In this document: positions 1 to 12,258 of the stretch, in pieces
Position numbering within the stretch: the stretch's first letter is position 1
Layout: every line of letters begins with the position of its first letter
Assembly: GCA_951406725.2 (NCBI GenBank)
Contig: OX597828.1
Span: forward strand, 75,888,001 to 75,952,000
DNA: 64,000 nt
From: Octopus vulgaris
Lineage: Eukaryota
Direction: 5' to 3'
The notes under the pieces: model-generated
What the model was told of the DNA's origin: nothing
Databases searched by the model: none
Seen by the model: the letters and a program-made list of their open reading frames with translations, nothing else
Program-made: the position numbers and the translations under genes

Positions 1-59
1 AAAGCAGAATGGGTCGGTTGTATCCGGATATTACCGGTTTAGACGTCGTTTGTGGTGTA

Positions 60-340
60 ACTGTACGTGACGGAGAGAGGGAGGGGGAGACGACACGAGG
101 GCAGGAGAGTGGTGGGTAAGGGAGGGAGGAGAAAAGTAACGTAAGAAAGTGTAGCAAACGGGAAAATAGAGAGAGAGGAAGTGAGATGTGTGAGAGAGAG
201 GGAGGGACAAGAGTAAGGGGAGACAGGAGTGAAAGAGTGATATGAAATAGAGGGAAAGAAGGAGGATTCAATAAGAGTTGAGTTAAAAAGGGTAAAATAG
301 AAAAGAATATGAAAGAGAAAGAGAGGCGAGAGAAAGACCA
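60..340. repeat. Purine-rich low-complexity tract
   Basis: Plus strand is almost all A/G; the minus-strand ORF is only F/L/S/P-rich low complexity. Confidence 0.6.
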
Positions 341-433
341 ATAGCTTAACTTAACCATAAAAGTGTGTATGTGCTTAGGTCTATGATGATTATATATATT
401 ATTATTATATATATTGTTATCTTACCGTTTTAT

Positions 434-481
<48 letters not shown>

Positions 482-484
<3 letters not shown>

Positions 485-765
485 TGCAGGAATGTCTGTG
501 TGGTAAGAAGCTAATGGCGCAAGCGTGGCTATTTTGTAAGAACCTTGTTTCCAAACCACATGGATTTGTGTGTGTGTTTGACACCCCACCATCGCCTTAC
601 AACCAATGTTGGTGCATTTGCATCCCCGTCACCCAGTGGTTCGACAAAAGAGACCGATAGATTAAGTAATAGGCTTACAAAAAAAATAAGTCCTGGGGTC
701 GATTTGTTCCACAAAAGGCGGTGCTCCAGCATGGCCGCAATCAAACGACTGAAGCAAGTATAAGA
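482..765 (+). mobile_element. SINE family A copy, internally deleted
   Basis: Head ggtgcaggaatgtctgtgtggtaagaagc and 3' part gaccgatagattaagtaataggcttacaaa...ggcggtgctccagcatggccgc match the other family A copies in the window. Confidence 0.85.
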
Positions 766-802
766 AATATATGGACGTAGTCGTGTGGTGGTGAGCACGT
801 GC

Positions 803-844
<42 letters not shown>

Positions 845-1119
845 TGCTAATCGTATATGAGTAAATTTTAAGTATTCCTGCCTTAAACAAATAAATTTTC
901 CTATCCGATGTGGCATTCCTCTTGTTTTAAGATGCCAACGAGTGATTCTGAAGAAAATTCAACCGTTTTTTAAAAAAAGGCTGCTATTTTTTAGCATATG
1001 ATGAAACTACACAGATCTTTTTATCTTGAATTTGTGTATACATATATACGTTCAAACACGCATATAGCCTTTCTATTAGAAATAGAAGTCCTGAAGTTTT
1101 TAAGGGAGTAGATGAGGTT

Positions 1120-1245
1120 AGTCGATCACACCGAGCCGAGTACATCGACCCCGAGAATATGAATGGTAAAGCCGACCTCGGTGAAGTTTGAGCTGAGAGA
1201 GTAAAGCCGAGGGAAATGTGACGGTTTTGCCAGGTCGGCTTCACG
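1120..1245 (-). mobile_element. SINE family C fragment
   Basis: atcgaccccgagaatatgaatggtaaagccgacctcggtgaagtttgagctgag matches the family C central domain. Confidence 0.65.
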
Positions 1246-1322
1246 TATTAGTTATCGCCTATTACGATGTTGATATTCGATGCATGGTAACGTATGAGAT
1301 GAGAGCGAGGGAAAGGAGAGAG

Positions 1323-1506
1323 CGAGAGAGAAAAGTTCCTGACTTTAAGGGTGTCGCGAAAGGCTGGTTGGAGGCCCAACGTTCCAAGTTCTGAAGGACT
1401 GCTGTAATTAGTGAATCTCAGAGGGGAATATTTTGAATAAAATTACAATTAACTGATCCTCCTCTATTTTCTTTTATCCAAAGCCAGAAACTTCTCAACA
1501 TCTCTC
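1323..1506. mobile_element. Short mariner-type MITE, degraded
   Basis: Inverted termini aagttcctgacttt (1333-1346) and aaagccagaaactt (1480-1493) match 12/14; non-coding interior. Confidence 0.6.
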
Positions 1507-1522
1507 TTTTATGTGTATGAGT

Positions 1523-1556
<34 letters not shown>

Positions 1557-1856
1557 TCAGTGGTTAGGGCAGCGGACTCGCGGTCGTAGGATCGCGGTTT
1601 CGATTCCAAGACCGGGCGTTGTGAGTGTTTAGTGAGCGAAAACACCTAAAGGTCCGCGAGGCTCCGGCAGAGGGTGGTGGCGATCCCTGCTGTACTCTTT
1701 CGCCACAACTTTCTTTCACTCTTTCTTCTGTTGGCCTGCTCGCTTAGCCAGGGGAGGGCTGGCGTCATTTGAAGGCTAAAACAATGCGAAGCGCATTGTG
1801 ACCAGCGATGTGTAGCAACATTTGATAGCCTGGTCGGTCACGGTGATCACGGTGAT
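1557..1856 (+). mobile_element. SINE group B, head 1 + tail 1
   Basis: tRNA-like head cagtggttagggcagcggactcgcggtcgtaggatcgcggtttcgattcc with A/B boxes; tail ends in repeated tcacggtga; (TA)n on both sides. Confidence 0.85.
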
Positions 1857-1877
1857 ATATATATATATATATATATA

Positions 1878-2072
1878 GTATTAATTAATAGATGAATTTC
1901 GTATTAGACAACATAGGTTTCGATCCATCACTCTGGGTCTCTTCAGGTACAGTTCCTGAAGTAGATCCAACGGAAGCGTACCACAACTGCGGATGACAAG
2001 ATGTAGCCTAAATTATGCCGGTGCTCTACTCAACATTTAAACACACTAATCGAATTATACTTATTTACCCAA

Positions 2073-2075
<3 letters not shown>
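1878..2075 (-). mobile_element. (TA)n-embedded small element with a degenerate hammerhead core, possibly Penelope-like
   Basis: Minus strand reads CTGAAGA-gaccca-gagtga-tggatc-GAAAC-ctatgtt-GTC (1946 to 1907). Confidence 0.45.
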
Positions 2076-2107
<32 letters not shown>

Positions 2108-2110
<3 letters not shown>

Positions 2111-2419
2111 TTATATATAAAAGTGAAGTTGTGTGAGTGTCTGTGTGTCTGTCTCCTACGATTTAGATTCCTAACTACTCCCACATTTTGCAGTGCAGTT
2201 TAACCAAAAGCGGGTATCTTATAGTTGTGATTCATATCGAGCCCTTCTGGGTATTAGCGCGCGTCGACGATGAGTCTATGATTTAAAAAAAAATTTACTA
2301 TCATTTTTTTCCCATTTTAATGCATTTTTTTTGCTATTATATAAGGGAAGTAACATTCTAAAAATGCTTATATAGTTATTTCACTTACAAACCCAAGCAA
2401 CGCCGGGCGATACTGCTAG
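2108..2419 (+). mobile_element. Non-autonomous Helitron
   Basis: Starts TC after host A (2107), ends CTAG (2416-2419) before host T, subterminal GC-rich hairpin cccaagcaacgccggg (2392-2407), no TSD. Confidence 0.85.
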
Positions 2420-2977
2420 TATATATATATATTATATGCGCGTGTACATATATTTACATATGCATGCGCAGTTATGTTGGAATATATATATATATAAACC
2501 CGCACACGTTCAATTGTGTGAATGAGATGTACACAGAAAGCGCCTTGTGCGTGAGGCGGTGGGTTCTCGCGCGTGTGCGTTCTGAAAATGAGAGAATTAG
2601 TGCAGGTGAATTTCATTGGTGTTCATTTGAAATTTTCTTTTATTATTCTGGAAGAACATCAAATAATTTAATTCCGATAGTTTTAATTAGTTGCAAAAAA
2701 AAAAAAAAAAAGAAAACGACAGGTGTATCACGTCTTCAATTATATATACGTGGGTCTGTATTGGTTTCTATGTGTGCCATTCACCGCTCGCTAGCTTGTG
2801 CATTTGTTTATTGTTAACGATCTCTTTCATCTGTCTACGTCGTCTCAATAATATCTGTATCGTGTCTTCCGCTTCTATTTTTAATTGTCTACCTACCTAC
2901 CTACCTACCTGTCTGTCTGTCTATCTGTCTGCCTACGGAAAGATGGGAAGGTAGACATATATAGAAGATGTATTGAA

Positions 2978-3297
2978 AGGCGTAGCTGTGTGGTAAGATA
3001 TTTTCTTCCCATTTACATGGCTCCCAGTTGTATCCCACCTCATGGCACTTTGCTGAAGAATCTTCGACTATAGCCTTGTGAGTGGATCTGGTACATGAAA
3101 ACTGACAGAAGCTACTGGAAACTGAAAGAAGCCCATCATATGCGAGTGCGTGCGTGTGTGTCGGATTATGTCCCCATGACTTAGACGTTCGACAGTTCGA
3201 CGAAAAAGTACAATAGAATAGCAAGCTTAAAAAATAGTTATTTTCTGCAATATTGAAGGCGGTGCCCCAGTAATGATTGCTTTCCAAAAGAAGACAA
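2978..3297 (+). mobile_element. SINE family A, old diverged copy
   Basis: ggcgtagctgtgtggtaag...ctatagccttgtgagtggatctggta...gaaggcggtgccccag. Confidence 0.7.
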
Positions 3298-3829
3298 AAT
3301 ATATAATAATTTTCTATTCGGGTATATAACTTGTAGTATGCTGTTTAAATCGCATTCACAGTATTTGGCCACCTGATGTCATTAACGTTATAGAGATATA
3401 GGTCACTGGATATACTACAGAAATTTCTTTGTGTTCATAGAATCTATAAAAATATGGCAGTCAATTTTCTTTCATTTTACACACACATATATGTACCAGT
3501 ATTTACAGAGTGACTCAGAGTCAGAGAGTTTCGTGCGTTGGCAATTATCACGAAGCTGTTGGAGCTTGAGACACCATGTTACTTCTGCTAAATGTTAATA
3601 AGAATATACGTATATTTTGATTTGTATTTTCCTGTTCGAACCAACACACACACATTATGTAATGTATATGTGTGGGTGTATATAAAAATAATATACCAAA
3701 ATATGAATGCATGTGTGTGAGAGTATTACACACACGCATATATATCGGTCAAGGTTTATTTACAAGAAATTAAATTTTGGGTAGAGTTGGGGCAAATGAT
3801 ACATTACAGTAAGATACTGTTAAGCTTCT

Positions 3830-3862
<33 letters not shown>

Positions 3863-4197
3863 CAGAGTAAGTTAGAGCCACTACGTGACGTCTGACATGG
3901 TCATGGCATAAGTGCGCTTTTATGTGTAATAATATATTTATGGATCAAAGTTAATAAACCCGATTACATATCGTTACTCCATAATTTTGCTCTAGGTTTA
4001 ACGAAACTTAACAATTATATCGTGGTAGATCAACGAGCTTATTTAATTAAATAGTAATTATACTGTTAATTTGTGTAAACATATTTATTGTCTAATCATG
4101 ATAAGATTCAAATGTCCAGCTGTGATTACCGTGAATTCTGTCTACACGTAGGCATAAACATACAAGTCTATATAATATGTATATATATATATATATA

Positions 4198-4985
4198 TAA
4201 GTATCCGGACTGTTGCTATAGTAACGAAGCTAAAGCACCGAGAGTAAAACCGCTGGGCAGATATTGACATTGAACTCTGCTGTGTTTGTGCACTAAGTTT
4301 TAAGATATTTTCTCACTTCTGCTTTTTACAACGCTGCTTGGAAGGAAGGTGTGTAGCGTATGATCGTTGCTGGCCGACGTCCGAAGCCTAAGCAGTTTTC
4401 ATCGTTCCCCACACAATCAAGGAGATTTTGCGCAACTGAAACCCGAGAGTCTTTTTGGTCAGCTGAAAGCAGTTTGGGTACGAACTTGGCAGACACACGT
4501 CTCGTACCAAAATCTTCAGTGATAATGGACTGAACTGTAACAGTAACTTATCTGCACATCCCCTGATACCCCAAAGGTAAAGCGATTGGATTATTTCCCC
4601 TCAAATCCGCACGCACATCTGCGACGTTTTTCTCAGCTCTGCTGGTTGTAGGTCTCCCAGAACATTCGTCAATACCAACATTTTCGGCCATCTTAGAAAC
4701 ATCTGAGCCAGTCATATACTTGTGCGCGGCTCATACACTACTCTCCATACAAGGCCTCTATAAGCAGGTATCGCCATGGCAACTTTCTCTGTCATGGTCA
4801 ATGCAACAATCACACGCCAAACATTCCTTCCAAGCACTGCTGTAAACATCGGAAGTGATCTAGAACGTTAAAACTTACTGCGCATGCACAGCGGAGGTCG
4901 ACATCAATCTTTGCCAAGCAGTTGCACTGCGTGCTCTAACTTCGTTACTATAGCAACAGTCCGGATACTTATTGATCAGACTTCG
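4198..4985 (-). mobile_element. Internally deleted mariner element with long (about 170 bp) inverted arms
   Basis: taagtatccggactgttgctatagtaacgaag at 4198 is inverted at about 4940-4971; minus-strand interior translates to ...MSRAQVYDWLRCF*...SGRPTTSR... and TVQSIITEDFGTRRVSAKFVPKLLSADQK, typical of a mariner transposase N-terminal half. Confidence 0.85.
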
Positions 4986-5000
4986 CATATATATATATAT

Positions 5001-5052
5001 GCGTAAGAGTGGCTGTGTGGTCAATGACTGAAACAAGTAAAAGAGTAAGAGT
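5001..5052 (+). mobile_element. SINE family A head-tail fusion (mini copy)
   Basis: gcgtaagagtggctgtgtggt joined directly to caatgactgaaacaagtaaaagagtaagag. Confidence 0.7.
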
Positions 5053-6349
5053 ATATATATGTGTGTGTGTGCGCGCGCGCGCGTGTATGTTTGTGTGTGT
5101 GCGTGCGTGCGCGTGCGCGCGTGCGTATGTCCACGCCTGCAGATTTATATGTGCTCGAATATAGTTTACCGCTCTCCGTCGGTTACGACGACGAATGTTC
5201 CCGATGGTACAACCAACCGAACAGTATCCTTGTGAGATCAAAGTGCAAGTCCCTGAGCAGTTCACAGACATATATTCTTTTAATGCAGTTGTCAGCGTAG
5301 CACAATATATGATAAAGCTCACCCTTTGATTTACAGGAGGATATATCTATCCACACAACTGAACGCACACACAAACACAAAACATATATAAATACGTATA
5401 CAAACCTAGATAGATGCATCGCCTACAACTGCCAGATTTATTTGATCCTCTTGAAGTTTTCTGATGCAGTTATACAACAGTGGACACTATCCAATGACTG
5501 ACATGTTAAATTCTTACCACCAGGAACAATCCACAAGACCACATACACAAACAAACACGCACACGGTCTGTTTCGGGGCGGCCAGGTTCATCGATCTGTT
5601 ATCAATTCCTGAAACAGCAATCGCTTGAGGTCTACTTCTTTGTTTGCTGAAGGATCGGAATCACGAGGCAAAATTCCAGAATAACACGTCACAGGATCAC
5701 ATTCATCTTATGAGATGACAATCTCAAAATTCAATCGCGCAATTTATATAAATTAATAATAAAGTTTAATAGTTTGTAATTTTACCTGGTATTTCAATAT
5801 TTCGGGCAAAGGACACCTTCTCCGGGAAATATTCGGAGATAAGGCATTCTTCGTTGATTTTCTAAAGCAGGTTTCCTTAACCTGAAATATCAGGTAAAAT
5901 ACGATGCATCGACCTTTATAATTAACTTTTATAACTTCCGTTGTTTCGCCTTTAAAAAGATAATCATAAATATTTATATATATATACCACAAAATGCAAG
6001 CAGACTTCACACACACAAACATACGTGCAAACACACGCAACGTTACTCAACGGGCGCAACCTTTTCTCGTCTCACTGCCAATATTTCACCTCAATCTTTC
6101 ATTCAGCGTCACAAAACATTAAACTATCATTATACAAACTACTACTACTAGTAATACTACTACTACTACTGCTGCTGCTGTACAACCTTATTTTGCCGAT
6201 AATTTCCCATCTTACATGCCATATATTCAGTTTTGAAACAGCAACATATTTCTAGAAATCAATATATTTAATATTTACATATTAAATTGCTTACTAAATT
6301 CAATATGCCAACGACTTAAAATAGATGGCGAACCAAATACACGGATTCG

Positions 6350-6381
6350 TGTGTATGCGTGTATATGTGCATGTGTGTGTG

Positions 6382-6459
<78 letters not shown>

Positions 6460-6990
6460 CACGTACGCACTAACACAAGCCAACAATCATTTCACTGCGT
6501 CATCTTAATCCTTCTCATACTCTCAAACTGTATATATGAATGTATGTATACGTATGTGTCCGTACGCCCGCACAAACTCAGGCACACACACATATATATA
6601 TCACAGACAAACGCACATAAAGGGCGAAGAACCAAAAGCTAACAAGACATGCATATGTATACATAAATCGGTTAATATGAGAGAGAGAGAGAGAGAGAGA
6701 GAGGTTAATATGAGTGTGTGTGTGCGTGTCTAATTATATCTAAATATATGTTCGTATGTATGCGTGTTTACATATATATATATATATATATATGATAGTA
6801 TGTATTTTCACATATACATATGTATATATGTATGCGTGTGTATGTGTGAGTATATGTATACCGACATATATAAATGTATACCAGGATGTAGATGTATATA
6901 TTGCGATCATATCCATATATGTTTGTCTAAGTATAGTTATCTGCAGACACACACACACACACATAAATATAGATATGTACTTACGCATAT

Positions 6991-7039
<49 letters not shown>

Positions 7040-7143
7040 CACACACAAACACATCTAAAATCATGATAATACCCATAACTATGTACGCCTATGCGTGTAA
7101 TATGGATACATATGCATATATGTACTTACGTATGCACGTATAA

Positions 7144-7177
<34 letters not shown>

Positions 7178-8965
7178 CCGTATACCTTAAGACCTACACA
7201 TATGCATGGAAAAATATACACACATGTATGTATGTATACAAGTATGTATACAAAAACGTAATATATAGAGATGCACAAATGTGCAAGCACATAAACACAG
7301 CTACACAAATACGCATTCATATGCATTCTGATGCACATTTAATTTCACAAAAAGCAAGATAGAAAGATCTGCACGTATAAACTGTATGAAACACATTTCG
7401 GAAACATTGTCTTCACCAGGCATATCGATTTGGATATACATATCTATTTGTCCAGATCCAGCCATGTTTCTATAATATGAACGCGTGCACAGACACACAC
7501 ACACAACATTATGTCTATGAATTTACGCATACAGTTACATAGGTACACGTGCACACACACACACACGTGTAAATGTATGGGACAGTCTGCATGTATATAT
7601 ATATATACACATACAGATATACATACATATATATATACATATATACATATATACATATATACACACATATATACATATATACATATATATACACATATAT
7701 ATACATATATATACACACATATATATATACACACATATATATACATGTATATACACATATATATACATATATATATACACACACATATATACATATACAT
7801 ACACACACATATATATATACATATATATACACACATATATATATAATTATATAGACACACATATATATGTACATATATATATACACACGCACACACACAT
7901 ATATATATCTATATACATAAATATACACACATATACTCTTTTACTGCGGCCATGATGGAGCACCTGCTTTAGTCGAGCAAATCGACCCCAGGACTTATAC
8001 TTTGTAAGCCTTATTCTATCGCTCTCTTTTACCGAACCGGGGAGGTGAACGCACCAACATCAGTTATCAAGCGATGTTAGGGGGACAAACATAGACACAC
8101 AAACATATACACCCACATGTATATATATATATATACATATATTCGACGAGCTTCTTTTAGTTTCTGTCTATCAACTCACACGACTTCGGTCGGCCCGAGA
8201 CTATAGTAGAAGACACTTGCCCAAGCTGCCTCTACTTAACACACAGCTACTCCTGCGCCTACATATACGTATATACACACGCACGCACATATATATATAT
8301 ACACATATACATACACACACAAATATATACATATACATATATATATATACACTACCATATATACACACACATATATACATATATACACACATATAGACAT
8401 ATATATATACACACACATGCACACACATTTAGACATATATAGATATGCACACTCATATAGACATATATATATACGCACACATACGTATATACACACACAT
8501 ATATAGGCATATATATACAAATATATCCACACATATATACACATACATATATACATAGGCACACACATGAGTATACATACATATAAACACATATGCATAT
8601 ACATACATCTAAACATATACATGTATACACATATACATACATTTACACATACACACAGATACATATGTATATATATACACACAGATATACATATATATAT
8701 ATACATACACACACATACATATATATATATACACATACATATATATACATGCATATACATACATATACTTATACACATATATACATACACATACACATAT
8801 ATATGTAATCATATACATACATATACATATGCACATATAAATATATGCATACATATACTTATACACATATATACATACATATACACATATATATATAATC
8901 ATATACATACATATACATACATATACATACATATACATACATATACATATGCATGCATACATGTC
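6350..8965. repeat. Compound microsatellite field of (TA)n, (CA)n, (TATC)n and (TACA)n
   Basis: Seen directly; source of the YI/HT/CV pseudo-ORFs. Confidence 0.9.
7933..8259 (-). mobile_element. SINE family A copy
   Basis: ttagtcgagcaaatcgaccccaggacttat...gaagacacttgcccaag...cacagctactcctgcgcct. Confidence 0.85.
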
Positions 8966-9516
8966 TATCTACATTCATGTCTGTTTGCTTGTGTGTTGTG
9001 CTAAGCTAATTACAAACGTTGAATATTTTCGGCAAAATTGGAACCCTGTCGAGAAACCAATGAAACTACGTCGTACATTACACATAGGTACACGCACTAA
9101 TTATCACGTGCATCTATAATTATACACATATGCAATCAATGATATGCATATAGTCACATCAACTCCATTTGCGCGCCTGTGTATGTGTTTACAGACACAC
9201 ACACACATATATATATGTATGCGTTTCTATACATATACATGTTTCGGTATGTCTAATAATTGCATCACTAACTGCATATTATGCGAGCATTTCCTGTCAT
9301 TAAATAATATTTGTTGAAAACTGTAATTAAAATAAACAGTGATTTGTTAAAACGGCATCAGGCATTAATTCACATAGAAAATTAATACAACATGAAGCTG
9401 TGAAATTCATGGCTTCCTCATTGGGACACTGTGATGTCAGTCATGCTGGGAAGAATTTGCCGATTCTCTGTTTCCGCTTTATTATGTTCCTATTTATCTA
9501 CAGTGTTAGGAATAAT

Positions 9517-9806
9517 TCATTCAGGATTTAGGACAAATGAGGTCATGTATTAGTTAAGTTATGAGGCCCCTTACTTTGGGGGCCCTTACATATGAGGACC
9601 CTTACTTGGCCTTTTTATGTTAAAAATAACGTGTAAAAGCGCTCACATTATTCATTTCACTTTTATAACTTTTAGGGAAAATATTTGAACGTTTGACATT
9701 TGAAAAATCCCTCGTATAAAATTTTTTGGGCAAGAAGATGCCCCACCTCCTGGTCAAGGGGCCCTGTACCTAAGTATACCTAAGCACAATGGTAAATCCG
9801 GCACCG
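9517..9806. mobile_element. Probable hAT-type MITE remnant
   Basis: Right end ggtaaatccggcaccg, repeated gg(g/c)ccc subterminal motifs, left end caggattta only weakly matching. Confidence 0.4.
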
Positions 9807-11350
9807 GGCACAAGGCTTTATTTGTTTATTTATTCGTTTTGTTTGGATTGGTAATTAATCGATTACATCGACCCCATGTTCCTGTGATACATGTTTCTTC
9901 GCTTGGAATGATGAAAGGTAATGACGACTTCTGGAATTTGTAATCAGACCGTCAGAAGCCGGGAGAAATGATGTTAGCATTTTGTCAGGCGCGTTAAAGA
10001 TTTTGCCGGCTTGCCGCCTTAGCAATTATCAGAATACTTTCGGTTATAGGCAGAGTTTGAAATTTTGGATGAGGGCGAGAACCAACTACATCGACTCCAA
10101 TGCTCAACTGGTACTTATTTTATCAACCCCGAAGTGATGAAAAGCAAAGACGACATCGGCAGCACTTGAACACAGAATGTAATTACTGACGAAATGCCGC
10201 GAACCATTTTCTCCGGTGTGATAATGATTCTGCCCTTTTCGGCGCCTTGGCAAGAATTACAAAGCACAGGGCCACCTCCTTCTGATGGGAGGAAGAAGTT
10301 GGTTACAGCGCCCCACCCCCGCCAATTCTTGACTCGTTCTTATTTTATTGAACCTGAAATCACGAAAGGCAAAATCAACCTCGGTAACGCTTGAACTCAG
10401 GCCGTAAGAACGGACGAACTACCATTAGACAGTTTGTCCGGTATGCTAATTATTATGGCAGCTTGTCGTCTTGATAATTACAAGGATTTCAAATTTTCGC
10501 ACAACACCAGCAAATTTGAAGTAGGGGGTAAGTCGATTACATCGATCCTAATCTTTAACCGGTACTTTATTTTATCGACCCCGAAAGGCATAGTCGGCCG
10601 AATTTGAACTCGGAACATAAAGACGGAGAAAATGCCACAAAGCTTTTTGTTCGGCGTGCTAACAATCTTGCCAGCTCGCTGCCTTGATACTTATAATAAT
10701 CATTTTTACTATAGGCACAAGACCTGCATTTTTTTGTGGTGGTGGTGGTTGTGGTAGGAAAGGGAGCGAGTCAATTACATCGAGTCACGTGCTCAACTGC
10801 TACTTATTTTATTGACCCCCTGAAAGAGGAAAGTCATGGTCAACCTCGGCGAAATTTGAACACAAAAGATAAGGACGGATAAATTAAATTGACGTTAAGT
10901 ATTTTGTCTGGCTTTTAGCTATTTTTGTCATTTGACTGTGGCCATGCTGGAGTACCGCCTTTAGTCGAGCAAATCGACCCCAGGACTTATTCTTTGTAAG
11001 TCTAGTACTTATTCTATCGGTCTCTTTTGCCGAACAGCTACGTTGCGGGGACGTAAACACACCAGCAGCGGTTGTCAAGCGATGTTGGGAGGACATACAC
11101 ACACACACAACCACACACACACACACACACACATATATATACATATATACGACAGGCTTCTTTCCGTCTACCAAATCCACTCAAAAAGCTTTAGTCGGTC
11201 CGAGGCTATAGTAGAAGACACTTGTCCAAGGTGCCAAGCAGTGGTACTGAACCCGGAACCATGTGGTTCGTAAGCAAGCTACTTACCACAAGCCACTCCT
11301 ACGCCTATTTAAACACAGGCATGTTAACAATTCTGCCAGATCGTCGCCTT
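9807..11350 (-). mobile_element. Head-to-tail array of five SINE family C copies; the fifth is interrupted by a family A copy
   Basis: Units of about 200-230 bp end (plus strand) in gccgcctt-like motifs at 10020, 10248, 10472, 10685 and 11350; each has the gattacatcgac...ggtacttattttatcgaccccgaa...atttgaactcag domain. Confidence 0.85.
10915..11306 (-). mobile_element. SINE family A, near full length, nested in a family C copy
   Basis: catttgactgtggccatgctggag...gaacccggaaccatgtggtt...ccactcctacgcct. Confidence 0.9.
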
Positions 11351-12054
11351 AATAACTGTAATAATATCAGCAACAATAATGACAATTTGTTTTATGGTAG
11401 AATAAATCTGGTTTCATCAATATTTCCCAAATATTTATTGGTGGTCGAGATAGAAAAGTCAGGAACGCAAGACTAACGCCAGCTTGATTTGAACCCAAAA
11501 TGTCAAAATGTGAATGTAAATAAACAATGTACTGTTTACAATAGCATTGATTGCACCCAATAAAAGCAAAGCGCAGTTAGTATTTAGAAGAGATCACGTG
11601 ATTCAAACCATATTTGACCCGGTAGTGTAGGGGAAAGGAAGTATTACTTCAGGTATAGTGTAGAAAGATGTCATACTGTGCAACTAATATAAAATGGTCT
11701 TGTAATATTTTAAAGACATGGTAGTTAAAGACAAGAATCGATTACAACGACCTCCTCGTGCCATTAAATGAAAGTTCAGTACATAACTTCACATCTGAGT
11801 TATAGAGTACTCAGTACTTAAATTTCATTCTCCCAAGTAAATTCTTTGAGCTTACATCATCGTATGAGCCATTAACGTTTATATGAAATCAATTTATAAC
11901 CACGTTTATGCCAAACGTTATTATTGTCTCTTTAGATGCACAACTTCGCTTATGTTCCATTGCTTCTATGGAAGAGCGTACTTAATTCTAGTTAACTACA
12001 AATCTATTCTAACGTTTCCTTTTTCTATAGTAGTAGTAGTAGTAAAAAAAAACA

Positions 12055-12063
12055 TAATAATAT

Positions 12064-12114
<51 letters not shown>

Positions 12115-12258
12115 TAATAATAAGACTTTCTATTATAGGCACAAGGTCTGAATTTTTTTGGGGGAGGGAAATAGTCGATTACATCGACACCAGTGTTTAA
12201 CTGGTACTTAGTTTAGCGACCCCGAAAAGATGAAAGGTAAAGTCGATGAAAGGTAAAA
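12055..12258 (-). mobile_element. SINE family C 3' portion with long (AAT)n tract
   Basis: (aat)n then tttctattataggcacaaggtctgaattt...agtcgattacatcgac...gaccccgaaaagatgaaagg. Confidence 0.8.

Noticed and set aside
6325-9004. Many overlapping ORFs rich in Y/I/H/T/C/V (also at 28.5-29.9k, 37-38k, 50-52k and 56-57k)
   Set aside because: Translations of dinucleotide microsatellites that lack stop codons; not genes.
9807-10912. Regularly spaced repeats resembling a CRISPR array or satellite
   Set aside because: Units are whole diverged SINEs of about 220 bp with no unique spacers and no cas genes, in a eukaryotic context.
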